From Podarcis tiliguerta (taxonomy: Eukaryota): a stretch of 64,000 bases of DNA. Below the pieces are notes generated by a model. It ran no database searches. It was given only the letters and a program-made list of their open reading frames with translations, and was not told the origin of the DNA. Location of the stretch: assembly GCA_965153285.1 (NCBI GenBank), contig OZ229114.1. One strand, given 5' to 3'. Of this stretch, positions 38,191 to 51,655 are shown piece after piece. The position numbers and the translations under genes are program-made. Positions within the stretch are counted from its first letter, which is position 1. Every line of letters begins with the position of its first letter.

Positions 38191-41100
38191 AAGACCATGT
38201 AAAAAATAATCAGATGGGAAGGATGGAGAAATCTCTTCATGCATTACTTTGTTGAAGGGGTAACATAACTGTTCCTGGACTCTCTTGAAGAATGTTTGGG
38301 GGGGGGGGAGGAATTTCCTAGCTCCATAGATTCCCAGAATGATTTAGAATGTTGGGGAGTCTACACTGATAAAAAGGTTCTCTCCTTCAGAAGTTATTCC
38401 TCAACAAGGCACCAGGAAGAGCTGTGTGTGACCTTTGGGTTAGAGCTAGACACACAACCTCCCTTTGTATAATAAGTAACATATAAAAAGATTCTACCTA
38501 CACTAAATTCTGCACAAGCACAATATAAACCTAGAGGGTCTTTGAAGTGTTGCTCTAGAATCACATATAACAGTTTGTATGTTAAAGAGCCACTGCAACA
38601 TAGTACCACAGGCTGAATATGTATGTTATGTTAGCCATTCTATTAAAAAAAATGAAAAGGGTACGTTTGTGTAACTTAGAGTCATAGTGATAGCCAGAAA
38701 GCAGCTCAAACTTCAATATAACATCTATAAGAGGCTTTATTTCCCCATGTTCGTCATTAAATTGAATTTATATCTTGAAATTTCCTCTTGTTCCTTACAC
38801 TTGAGATACATTTATACGTAATCTTCTCCCCCTCCCCATGTCTAATTTGTAATGTGACCCTATGCTTGTTTGCTCAGAAGTCACACTGTGTTCAGTGGTG
38901 TTTCATTTTCAGATAAACATGCCTATATCTGTAGACTGAGACCCAAAAGTTAAATGTGACTTTGCATTTGGCATACAGATTTCATCAGTTGCAGGAATGG
39001 GCCATTTCCAAAACTGGTAATCTCATATAGGTGCATCACCAGGCCTTGAATGGCTGGGAAATTCTATTCACCCAAAAGTTAATGAACATAAAAAGGCTAA
39101 ACTGACTTCATTATCACCAAGACTGTTGACATTCATGACGCTTACTGAGAAATATATCAGTCCAGGTTTGTCTTCATCTTGGTGAAAGCTCTTATTTCAG
39201 GTATTTGTCACTGTTAATGCTTGTGTGGGTAATGCCAAGAAGGGATGCGTATATTACTATATCCAGAAGATGCGCAAGAGTTATGTTTGTTTTCTGCCAC
39301 CCAGGAAATGATGGACATAAGCAACCACTAGTGAGGTTGCTAGTGTCTATGTTTATTCTCTCTCTAGGATTAGGCATGGATATTTCCAAACCTTGCTATA
39401 GGAGAGCCATATTCCTGGAGATGCGGGGATTGAACTCTTTCCATGCAAATCATGTGCCCTATATCTGAGCTTTTTTGAATGTGATGAAAAATGGAAGCAG
39501 CAGCTGTACATGCATGGCCACTTTTCCCTGAACAGTCTTGAGTGAAGCAACTAGACAGCACTGAACTTCAAACTCGTGCAATGTGATGGACTATATGACT
39601 TGGAGCACACTATGGCACTTCAGTTCAAAGACAGTAACATACTAGTGGAATGGGCTAATATGGGCAATAACAACTTACAGTTAATTAAAATTCATGATTC
39701 TCAGAAACTTGAAACCCTCTTTTGTTGTGACTTCATCTTTTGCTCTTCAGACTTCATGCACTGAGGAGCTGGAAACTGCAGTTCCAGTAGCACATGATTG
39801 GTCATGCAACACAAAAGTGGGGAAAGGGTTGTGAGTTAAAGGAGATTTAACCAATGTGAACCAATGATCTTAGCTTCCAGAGGCAGAGCACCAGGACCAG
39901 TTGAGGTACCATGGTCTGCATCAGATCAATGACCTTAGAGAGAAACTGGCAAATGTTAGAGCCAACTGAAAGTAACAGTTGTTACTGTTCACTCTTCACC
40001 TATTGCCTAATCCTTAGCCATTTTACAACGCTGTAACAACTGGCCTCCCTGGTGCACAGTCCACACCCGCCATCATTAAATTACGCCACTGGAAAGTTCT
40101 AAACAATAAGATAATTTACAAAAGAAGAAACACTAAAAACAGAATCGTCAACATCAAGAACTGTTCATTTTTCTCCTCTCTAGCCAAGTTGCAAAGAATT
40201 TTTTTAACTGTACTAAACACTATCCACTATTTCTCTGTTCAGCTGGTCAAACCAGTGTGGGTATATATAAGCCAGTGTCAGAACTATTTTTTTAAAATGC
40301 TAAAGATCCCTTTAAAAAAAACAGAGGAAATTTGGATGTAAATGCTACTAAAATAGCTATGAATATCTACGTCCTCATACTTCAGATACCACTAGCATTT
40401 ATGTAGTTTGCCCACGCCCCTCTTGATTCCTTGTAGCACAATATGATCTTGGTTTTAGTATATTACTCTATTAACAACCACTGCATACAGAAGGAACCTG
40501 CTTCTATGACTATAACAGGACTAAAGCTCAGGGCCAACACAGATGATCACTGTACACAAAATAGCTGGGGGGGGGGCAGAGAAAGAATGCACAAATGTTC
40601 TACACTGGACTAACCTTCAGCTTAATACTAGGCAGAGGATCCAGCATCAGGAGTTCAAGAAACGATGGTTACTGCGGCATGCCAAAAGCTGAATGCTGCA
40701 TGTGGCTGTGGGTGTATAAGACAAGCTGCTAAGGAAAACAGCAGGATTATCCAGTAGCTACTATTGCGAAACTTCTACGTGTGTGAATCAACTTTCAGCT
40801 CTTTTCCTATTTTCTGTACATTTAAGATAGATATTTAAGCAAAGTTACTTACCTGAAGTGGCTACCTTCCTCACCCACCCCCAAATGCAAGCTACAGTAG
40901 CATTGTACAGTTTCTCAAATACACAGCTATCCTTAATTTCTGTTACAAAAGAAACAGGGACCAAGTCACACACAAAGAGTTCAACAGGCTGGTCATTTGA
41001 TTACAGTGGGCTCAAGCATGCCAAACACTCTATTATACTGTGGCTAAAATCTCCAGTCAAGTAAGTGTAGCGGCATTACTGCTCCTAATGCTCTGCAAGA

Positions 41101-43313
41101 TTAACTTGTCATATACAAACAAAAAACAATGAAATCTACAAGGCTATGTAGGATTTGAAGAGCTGAACAGTAAAATCAATTACTGAATCCAATGTGGAAG
41201 ACACATATCAATTCAGACATTTGCTAGATAGAAAAATATCAGCAAGTCCTGCTAGAAATTTTACAGGCGCTAGGCAACTTAGCAGGCGCTCAACACACAC
41301 AAAAATATTGCATGTCAGGAAGCTGAGTGTAAGTTATATACCCTTCCCTATAGGGACTTCAAATGACCCCCTAAGGGAGGGATCAACCAGGTTGTGCAAC
41401 ATGATGCTCCAATTGGCAGTAACTAGGGGGTGTATTCAGGCAGGTGTTTCTTGCATAGCAGCTCATTGCTTGTTGCAAACTGCCAGAACAGATTAATCCC
41501 TTTTTTGAATGAAGAACATGTCTAATGAAGACAAGCTAACCCTTTATATGCATAAAATGCCTTACCCATTATAAAAACATGATTCAAATTCAACCCAAAC
41601 AAGTAATGATAGGGCTCCTCCACAGAGAAAATGTGCTTCTCTGGAGATATTTCTGATAGTGCTCTTGTTGGAATAGGCTGATGTCCCTATTCAGCACCTA
41701 TTGACATGGTACATTAAATTGTTTTAAAATCACAACAGCTAAGAAAAAAGTGCATTTTTTCATCAATCACTGTTGTGCTACGCAGCTCTTGGATTTTAAA
41801 ATGTCACAGACTTGCAGTATATAAACAATCCTGCTGCTGATCTTCAAGCCTAGCCATCGCAGAATGCAAAGGAAATTGTAATTCTAGCATGACATCTCAC
41901 TCTGCAAATCTCAAAATGTTTTCCTAAACTTAGTCTTCTGCAGCTTCTAACTATTACTTTGCTATTTTAAAAGAAAAGAGTTACTGCAGTGTAATCTTGC
42001 ATAGGATTTATGTTTGCAACTATTATATTCTAATGTAAAATGACTACAATACAGGTCTTTAAACCCAGTAAGTACATTTTATCTTCAATCACATTAACCA
42101 GTGTCTGATGCACAAATTAGGTTTGTGCCATTATAATTTTTCCCAGCTGTTAAAAAAATACCAGCAAATCTGTTTCAGCCTCGACTGAATTATGGGTTTC
42201 CTTTGTAATTTGTGTATTAAAGGGGGGAAATGTACAGTGCTATGTTTCTATATAATGATACTGCACTGGTCTAGGAATGCAATTCCGTGTTTAAACAGAT
42301 ATGTATCCTCTTGACAAATATTTTTATGTGCAAGTTTATTTTTAAGATTTCTGTTATCACTACTTTTGCTTCCTCTGAGGTTTCCTGAACTTTGGTGCAG
42401 TTACTCTAATGGTGCTGTAGCCAACTGCTACTTGAGGAACTGAATGATAACCCCCCCCCCCAACCAATCCATGATTGGTGCTTAAATTGACCAGCGCCAA
42501 TCGTCAAAACAATACTGAAACAGCATTATCTATAATGGTGCAGGGATGGTGCTGACAAAGATGTTACATTTTCCATCATTGTAAACATTATTCTTTTGTT
42601 TGTGGGCATCTATATAAACTTGTTTAAAATATACAAATAAAATTTATGACATTTTATTTCTAGTAAGATTTGTTACCCTTTTCTCTTCCCACATCGCTAA
42701 TGAAAAAAATTAATACTAGTTCAGTTGTCAAACTGCTGCAACAGCATAGCTCCATCTACGTTGATTAGAGGCTTACCTAGTCTACTGAAAATTGCAGCCC
42801 AGTTTTCCATACAAGTGCACAAATCTCCTGCAGTAAGTTAAAAGAACAGTAGGCTCTGCTGCACTGGCCTCCAGCTTTACCTGCTTTGAAAAGAAGTGAA
42901 ATGCTTTCCCATAGGAAAGTTAGCTATTCAGTCACAACAAACAACAGAATCAAGATATTAATCCTGGCAGTTTCTCATCTCAGGACCCAGACATTCAGAA
43001 TTTGAATGATCAGCTTCAAGGACAACTGAAAATCCTGCATCAAAATGCATGTCTTCCTAACAGGTAAACTGTCATCAATTGCATAAGCCACAGTACTGAT
43101 AGATAAAAATTACGATACTGCTATAGTCCAATTTGAACAAGGAACATCTCTTTAGGGAAAAAAAAACACCTTAGTAGCCTGTGAATTTTACAAGTGTCAT
43201 TTCAAAAGTGTTGCAACTCCTACAATTTTGACCATATTACGTAATTTCATACGAGATTTAAATTTTTTCACACTTTTAGATTCTTCGGAACAAAGCCAAG
43301 AGGTTTTGAATTC

Positions 43314-43319
43314 TTTATT
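43314..43319 (-). terminator. candidate SMNDC1 polyadenylation signal AATAAA
   Basis: The minus strand reads ttttgtatgtttaacttttattaaAATAAAgaattc, with an upstream UGUA element and U-rich context, about 2.06 kb after the SMNDC1 stop. A more proximal minus-strand AATAAA lies at 45058-45063. Confidence 0.6.
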
Positions 43320-45381
43320 TTAATAAAAGTTAAACATACAAAACTGAAATCAACACAGTCATAAAAATTACCTCCTCCTTTTGTTAACAAGAAGAACCTC
43401 TCTCTATGGATGGATTCTAAGCTACTAGATATGGATTTTAGGCTCAAGTAAACTGTCAGACATTTACACTAATCAGTGCATCAACAAATGCTGATGGTTC
43501 CTGATCTTATTTAATTCAGAAAACAAATTACAAAAGGGAACTACAACAACATAATATACATGGGGAATGGAGTTCAGATTAATGAGCAAGAATTACTCTT
43601 GTACGAGAAATAACTAAATCCAGTCTTGTTCATTAACTTAACACCATATTTTACAAAAATAATTATCTACACTGTGTACAGGGCTATACGTTAACTTTTT
43701 GTGTCAGACACATTTCAAGATTGAGAGATAGACTACAACCCTAAGCAATACGTATGGCAAAGGGAAGCAATTGCATCCACAAGATACAAATAGGCCTGGA
43801 CTTTTACACATGGTTTCCCAAATAAAATCAAGGAGGGCCAGCAATACTAACGTAAGTTAAACCTTGTAAGAGGAACCTCCTGTTGCATTTAAAACAGCTG
43901 GATAAGCACACAAAAAATTCAGCACAATGCAGGTGACTTGCCATATTTACCAACATAAACGCACTGAGTAATTCTCAAGAGGAATAACTATTTCTATATG
44001 TAACATTTGACTCTTTGAACACTTAAAAGTGCTAATCAAACCTGCAAAGTGACTGAATACATCTTAGGAAGCCCATAGGTAGGTTCTCAAGACCTATACA
44101 TCAAAATGTTCTGCTCCTGACAATAAATATGCTTACCTGCTTGGCACTAGCAAGTGCTTTTTTTTTCTGGTGAGAACCTCCACCTTCTTGAGCTGGGAGA
44201 AGGATGGTGGAATCTTCAAGACTTTGGATAATACCCAACTAAGTTAAAGCAGACCTCCTGATTTGGGTAACCTGATTTCAGTGGGTTTGCTCCAAGTATG
44301 AGTTGGATATCACACCTTATGCTGAATTCAGAGATTCGCCTACTTTTTCTCCACCACCAGAGAGGGCAAGAGAAATCTACATCAATTTATGATGAGCCTT
44401 GGGGAGAAGCAAGACGTCCTGCTGCTTTCGAAACAGTGCAAGATCTGGGAGTTCCTTCCACCACCCTCCCAACCTTGCAGAGATTTTGCAAAGTGGGAAA
44501 ACAGCAGTGTATCTTCCTGCTTTTCGGGGATTTTCTGAGGCTCAGTGTGACAGAGACAAGCCCCTGGTTCTGCCACTATCCAGCCTGGGCTAGGGGGACA
44601 TGACAGGGACATGCCCCTGAAGTCACACTAAGCTTTAGAGCATCTCTGAGACTTCATGTCAAAGCTCAAACCCTTCTCAGTCGAGTCAATCATGAGCACA
44701 AATTTTGCCTACCAAGACCAGTCAAGCTTGTGGAAACCCTGTTTTGCTCATGAAGATGGATGTTGTCAACACTCCCGGCACAATGCATTCAACCTGTAAT
44801 GTTAAAATTTGAACTGCACTGTTTCTGGCTTATGAATCATTAACTGGAGATTAGATGGCCCAGATTCATTACAAGCCAAGGAAGCAGATGCAGATTGTGA
44901 TCAACTAACAATTGACTTTCAAAATAGAATAAAATCCAGAGAAAGTCATCATAATTGTACTAGTTCTGCAGGAGTTCCAGTGCTTAACAGCTATCCTGCA
45001 ATAGGATGGCAGGCCTGTAAGCACTTAAGAGGGAGCAAGGAAAGCTGGGATAACTATTTTATTTCACGACCATTTGTTTGATGGCATTCCCAACTAATGC
45101 TACAGGGATGGACACTTGAGAAATCAGACACTTCAGGATACTGCAAAGGGCATTTCTTCAACACAGTCTGACGTGTGCACATTTATGCAATTTACATCTT
45201 TTAAGAGCAAAGGGGTCATCTGAACAGCTATTACCTTGCTTAAGGCTTGTACCAGCATAAGCCAACTGATGTCAACAACCATTTTCACTATGCGCCAACA
45301 GTTTACTTTTAGAAAAATAGAACAATAAAAAGGTAAATGTAAAGCCCTGCAGAAGTGATGTTAAGTCATTTTCTCCCTCAA

Positions 45382-45519
45382 TTACTGGGGCATCAAATGT
45401 CTGACATTGTACTTGGATGTATCTTGGTACTGTGTCATGGGTTTGTCTGCAATTCCACACGTTCCAACTCCAACCTTCCCTGTTACGCTCTCAGGAGAAG
45501 CAAAGATGCTTCGCTTTAC
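45382..45519 (-). CDS. SMNDC1: SMNDC1 last coding exon
   Basis: Minus acceptor tttgttccacag|. 138 nt: VKRSIFASPESVTGKVGVGTCGIADKPMTQYQDTSKYNVRHLMPQ*, with TAA at 45382-45384. Confidence 0.97.
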   Translation of the reverse strand, partial: VKRSIFASPESVTGKVGVGTCGIADKPMTQYQDTSKYNVRHLMPQ

Positions 45520-46533
45520 CTGTGGAACAAATTAAAAGTATCAATTGTAACATTTTCAAATTTCAACAAGTCAGCAAAGGAGTGCTAATATCAAATGTTC
45601 ACATGCATCATTCAAAAAGCAAAATACAACTAAATTTTATTGATCATTAAACAGGAACCTTTAGCAAAAAAGCTGTAATTGGAAATGAAGCACTTCTGCT
45701 CTGGTCATGGCACTAAGCAAGTCATATTTTCTCCCAGTGAACCACTACAGTTCTATAAGGGTTCTTTCAATGCACAAGGAAGGGCTAAAGGAAAACAAAA
45801 CCTTTTTTGCCCCTATAGCTATAAACTTCATAAAGTGTTACCAGCCTCAGCTGCCTGAAGTGTCTTCTGCATGCTCTGTTAAGGGTATCGTTACAATGTG
45901 GTGCCTATTAATGTTTTTCCTTTGCCACCACCACTCAAAATAATTTAGCATGCAAACCTAACTCACATATCAATGGGTCAAACAAAGTGCGAGTTATATT
46001 TGGCAATACCAAACTCAAAAATATGAAACATACAAAGAGCTTTGTACCATTATGGCAGCCTGAAAGCATCATAGTGCAAGCAACTATGCCACAAGCTTTA
46101 TAGGCATGAACTTTTAACTTTACAGGTGCTACTATTGGAACGGTTGTTATCAGAAATCTGTTGTTCAGACACGAAAAATTATACTCAAACTTTGCTACAG
46201 AAATGGCTGATTCAGATATCCAAACAGCTGGAGTTTGCTCATGTCCTTACTTGTTTGCGCTTTGCTGGTCACCAGCACCCATTTTGGGCAAAAACCATAG
46301 AAGGGAGAGTCATCAGACAAATCACATATCCCTTTGCCTGGCTTTTGCTTATTGGCTGCAACAGTCTCAGGCAGAAAGCATGGATTAGAAATGTTCTCCT
46401 AGGAAATAATGGAAATTGCGAAGGCTTGCCTAGCGAACAATTTCCTGGAAATGCATTGTGCTCGGAAACTGGGACCTGTTTACCCCACCCTATCTGCAGG
46501 GACTCAAACTAAGTGTAGTGATATTTAACAATA

Positions 46534-46759
46534 CAGTGGTACCTCGGGTTACAAACACCTCGGGTTTCAGACTCCGCTAACCCAGAAGTAGTACCTCGGG
46601 TTAAGAACTTTACCTCAACATGAGAACAGAAATCGCACACTGGCGGCGCAGCAGCAGCGGGAGGCCCCATTAGCTAAAGTGGTACCTCAGATTAAGAACG
46701 GTTTCAGGTTAAGAATGGACCTCCGGAATGAATTAAGTTCGTAACCAGAGGTACCACTG
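46534..46759. mobile_element. CAGTGGTACCTC-family MITE, copy 4 (last SMNDC1 intron)
   Basis: TA-cagtggtacctcgggtta ... taaccagaggtaccactg-TA. Confidence 0.85.
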
Positions 46760-46939
46760 TATGTTAAGAATATTATAAACAGATCTCTCCCATTGTATAT
46801 TCTAGAAACAAACAGCTTTGCCTATAATATTCTTTTGTCTTTGTTTGGGGGATTACTCCTGTGCTGCCATACATTTAACACTGCTCCTCTTCAGCAAGAA
46901 ACCTCTATCAGTAAGCTACTAATGCAAGCATATACAAAC

Positions 46940-47093
46940 CTGGCCTTTTTTGTTTTTTGAATAAGCTCTGTTGTTGAACTGCTGCCATTTGACTTTCTGG
47001 TCCTCTCGCTCTTGCTCCAGTTCTTTGATTCGCTGGGCCTTTTTCAAAGCTTTCTTCTTTTTATATTCTCGTTGCTGAGCAATCATTTCTTTT
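46940..47093 (-). CDS. SMNDC1: SMNDC1 coding exon 4 (basic coiled-coil region)
   Basis: Acceptor ctcattttag|, donor CAG|gtttgt. 154 nt: (K)KEMIAQQREYKKKKALKKAQRIKELEQEREDQKVKWQQFNNRAYSKNKKGQ. Confidence 0.97.
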
Positions 47094-48414
47094 CTAAAAT
47101 GAGAAATGGCACTGAAGGTTACTTATGTACCTCAGCTTCCTCTTCAGAAAGTCTAAGGGCAGTAATATGTCATGGCAAGGTGGTTGCTATACAATCAGGG
47201 CAAATTTTCACAAAACATCAAACATGAAGTGATTAAGCCGAGGTGGTTAATTCTGAGTTATCAATACTGCCTTACATCCACATCTTTACCCACCAGAACT
47301 GCCTTCTTTTTACAACACTGGCAGTTCAGCCACAGTATATGGCAATGGTTTTGTATGGGCATTACATCTACATTGCAACCAACTGGAAGCCCCACATCAC
47401 CTTTGCTTTAACTTCACTTTTGTTCTCAGAACAAGTAGATAAAAGCAAGGATACACTGATTAAGAGAGTCTCACCTTGGGCTAGGTGAATGTAAAGATAA
47501 ACTCTCAGTACAATGGGGCTTCAGCTGTCCAGGCCCATTTCATTCTCCAGCTGTAGAAAGTGCTGTCATTCCTTCTGTAAAGCAATCTGTGCATTGCAAG
47601 TTTCAATAAAGCACAGCAATCCTACTTTCATGCACTACTACGAATAACGGCTCTCTTTCAGAAATCAGTTGAAACTAGCTAATGTCTTGCTAAACACAGA
47701 GCAACTCTAGCTCAGAATTTGTCCCAGGGGAAATATACTACTACACAGGCATGGAGCAATCATTTTGGAGTTCATGAGACTAACCAACTCAGCATGATAA
47801 GCATTAAAGTTAGCAGCACAAACCATAACACCTTCATCATAATCTCAAACCACTATCTATGTATATGTTCACAGTAGGGCTTGAGGATAATTTAAGAACT
47901 GCATTTTTAAGAACTGACCTAATTCACTCCATATATTTCAATCCAAATTTAATTTTTTTTTTCATTTGGATTAAAAAAAATATCACAGATTAATGTGAAA
48001 TTGGAAAGGACCTATGAACAAGCACAAACAAAAATGTCACAGAACAGAAACAGACCCATTTGTCCATCCCTAGTTCTTAGTACCAGTTCAGTCCTAAGAT
48101 GGCAAAGACTGTTTTGGGCTTTACAAGTTTCCCTAGGTTGGACCTCTAAAACTGGGGTAGCGAAGCCCATATCCTAAGGCATTATTTAATTGGGGAGGGG
48201 GGAGAATAGACAATGTGCATTACCTCTTTCCCAAATCTAGGGTAACTACGCAGAGTATGGTTGAATAACATCTAAGGATAGTGTTGACTTCTATGACTTT
48301 TTTTGCTGTAAAATCACCTTTGGGAAGAGATGATTCATCAGCAAAGTAGCCTTACAGCTCTTCTTATTGCTATATGACACACTGAGCCAACTGAAAACTG
48401 TTTCAGCCACTTAC

Positions 48415-48576
48415 TTGGACATGGGTTTGTTGCCACTGTCTTCCTTTGCTTTCCTTCCCTCTTCCACAGGTTTCAGATTGAGCAGGGGTGTGACTTCAGC
48501 ATTGCCATATCCCGAAAAGGTGACTGCAGCTGTGCCATTCTCTTCATCTATCTCTTCAATTTCAGCTTCATAACAC
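48415..48576 (-). CDS. SMNDC1: SMNDC1 coding exon 3 (Tudor domain, C-terminal half)
   Basis: Acceptor atctttacag|, donor CAA|gtaagt. 162 nt: (Q)CYEAEIEEIDEENGTAAVTFSGYGNAEVTPLLNLKPVEEGRKAKEDSGNKPMS(K). Tudor aromatic-cage Y, F, Y and N residues present. Confidence 0.97.
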
Positions 48577-50323
48577 CTGTAAAGATATCATGGCTGTAAG
48601 CATGTGAGTAATGGTTTACAACTCAACCCTACAAAACTTGTATTTGCAGTGATTAATATTATTAAGTTTCAGGACATTCCTGCTTCATTTTGGATTGGCA
48701 TTTCAAGTCAAAACTCTTAAAACATAAATTCTGTTCAATTCAAGAATTGTCAGGTGCCTGGCACACAAACTAGTTACAATCCTAACGTCCAAGAGCTCGT
48801 TAGTCAAGCGGTTTGAAATAAACTTCGGTTCTGAATCTTCTGTTACCAAATATATATTTTCACCTTCACACATTTAACCTGACTTTTGTTTGATTTTGTG
48901 AGAACTAATTTGTTTAATAGATCTGGAGGATTCGTGTATGGCTGTTTTATCATTTGTACTAATTTCCACCACCACAAGAGGCATTCAGCCACAATACCCA
49001 CATATTTAGAAGTTCTATGGGACTTACATCTGAGGAGATATGTATGCATAGGATTACAATGTGAGATTGTAATTTGACAGAGGTTTCACTGCGCTCATAT
49101 AATCTCCCTCTCTGAAAGCAAGCAGTGAATTACTTATGTAAGAAGATGGATTAAGAAAAGCATTAAGCAAGGTAGGGTTTGTGACAGTAACTTAAATGAA
49201 GATAGATAATCAAGGTAATTATCTATTTTTCTCAATCACATCACCTGATACTCAAAAGCAGTACATCCTTAAGTAAACTAAGTGGAATGTCTGGGCCCAG
49301 GCATCTCAGGGGCCTAAATGGAGAAGCGGAAGGCCATGGCAAGAAAGAGACCCCAAGCTTGCAGAAGAAGAACTGCTGGTTGTCTTCTTCCCATAAGGTA
49401 TTAAAAAATATCTCTACCAGCAGAAGGCAGGTCAAAGGCAGCAGGACTAGGAGAAAATGTGTTGGTTCACACCATCACTTTCTGCTGTCAGCAAATCATA
49501 CCAGACAGAATGAGTCTGAGGGGTTTACTGCTGCATCCCACTTCAGCAATGACCAAGGTGAAGGTGGAGGACCATCACTGATTCACTTTGGAAATGTGCA
49601 AAAGGATACACCCTAGTGGTACATCACTATTTGTGAAGGGAGCTCTAAAAGTCTTTATTCAACCCTCTTAAAATATTTGCCTGTGGATAGTTTTGGGAAG
49701 GATGTTAAATACCCTGCTTTATATTCCCTTACCACCATGTCTGGATGGGTGCAACAACCACAGATCCTCCCAAAAGCAGCAGCCTTCTACATGTACACAA
49801 TTGTGAGTAAAGGCCCTCTGCTTTCTCTAAGTCCATTCGTGCCCCACTTCAAAGAATAAATTTACAGTACAGAAAAGAGGGAGGAAGCAGTGGAAAAGTT
49901 TGCTGCCCTATACTTCTTTCCCTACTGCCACCTCAATGGTTCCCAATTATCTTAATACAATCTCAACAGAGCTCCAAGTTTTGAAGTAAATGACATTCCT
50001 ATTAACGTTTTCAGATTAGTGATGAAATGTATTCACAACAGATTTCAGTTACTGCACACCAGATTTTTAGAAGGTGGCAAATTTTAAAAGATATTACAAG
50101 CCATATTGTATTCTACAACGTTCTAGTCAAATTAAACAGTTAAAACAATGGACCTAGCTCTAAAGTTTAATATATTTTGTATTTGAAAAATGCAAGATCC
50201 AATCAATGATTTTTACCGAACTGGTGCTCAGCCGAAGAGGAGAGTATAAACCAAAGGGAAGTATCTTACCATGGAACTGTATTATTTCATGTAACTGTTA
50301 CAGAAGTTTGTTTCTACACTTAC

Positions 50324-50466
50324 TGTCCATCTTCACTCCATATTGCCATACATCTGTCTCCAACCTTCCATGTGTGACTTGGAGGAGCAGAAGCAGAACT
50401 GTCAGAACTTGCAAGTGTTTCTGAAGGTTGTGTTGAAAGAAGGTCTTTGGTTAATTCTATAACTTC
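50324..50466 (-). CDS. SMNDC1: SMNDC1 coding exon 2 (start of Tudor domain)
   Basis: Acceptor cttttccatccccag|, donor ACA|gtaagt. 143 nt: EVIELTKDLLSTQPSETLASSDSSASAPPSHTWKVGDRCMAIWSEDG(Q). Confidence 0.97.
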
Positions 50467-51603
50467 CTGGGGATGGAAAAGAAAAAGTCGTCAAACACAG
50501 TTTAAGCAGTCTCACCCCTGCCCATGCATGAAGACTATTTATCAACTGTGGTATTGCTGGCAAATGGTAGCAGACTGAACAACACATGAAATCTGTCCGC
50601 ATAATTTACTAAAGGTTTTTTTATAAGCTTTGGGAATCTGGTTTCTTGGCAAGTATCTAATACTACTCCCATAGCTCATCCCAATTTTAATATTGGGGGA
50701 GGGCAGCAGGGAAATTTCTCGTTTGCATTTTCCTCTTTGCATTACAAATGAATATTATATTTAATGGAAGAGTAAAAAGTAGACTGCAGAAAATGATACA
50801 CAACTACAGAATGGAGTTTTCTGCTCTCCTTCCAGTGATAAAGCAAGTATTACTGAGACTTTTAAAAAAGAAAATTACTGTGCAATGAATGCACTGGCTA
50901 GTGAAAGAAATAGGTTTTTCAGCAAGTTTTCTTGTTTGAATACTGAAAATTGTTTGAATACTGAAAAACTGTACTTATGTGAGAATAGCCCACTATACAC
51001 AAACCAGATACAAAGAATGAACGAATACAGAAAATACTTTTCTTCTTTGAAATACATATGAGCGAGGGCTCAGTAGTTTCCAGCATATGTTTTTGCTATT
51101 TAGAGATTATAAGGAAAACTATTAATAGGCTATAGCTACAGGTAATAAATTACATGTATTTTAGATTTTTAAATCTACTGGATTGTATCCAATACTGTTG
51201 TCCCACTTGTGCAACAAAACTTCTCTTTCCTTTCCTCTCCCTTGTACCCACTCAAAATCTGTTCCAGAAGGTTGGGGTAGCCTCTGAAGCAGATTTTTGG
51301 GGTATCCAGGGAAAGGAGAGGAAGGTAAAACACATAGCACATTGTTGTCAAACTAATTTCCCTCATCTACTTTTTCCTTCCTTCCTTCCTTCCGCTTCCC
51401 TTCCCCTCCTCTTTTTCTCTTGTCCCTTTAATTTGTAACCATAGGGTGGGGCCTGTGCATCATTTCATTTAGGCAGTGAGCCTGCCACCATCATTGAACT
51501 TTTGATTGAGATGAGCTTCTCTGAGAGACAGTATCTGCCTGAAAGGTGGAATAAAAATAGAACAAATTTTAACAAGAAAAGGAATAATTTAATACATATG
51601 CAC

Positions 51604-51655
51604 CTTTCATATCTGATGCGATTAAGACTTGTCTTTTGTCCTCAGATATTGGCAG
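51604..51655 (-). other. candidate SMNDC1 poison cassette exon B (52 nt, frameshifting)
   Basis: Acceptor gcttattgttcag|, donor AAG|gtgcat. Inclusion shifts the frame to a TGA at 50402-50404 in the next exon. Confidence 0.45.
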
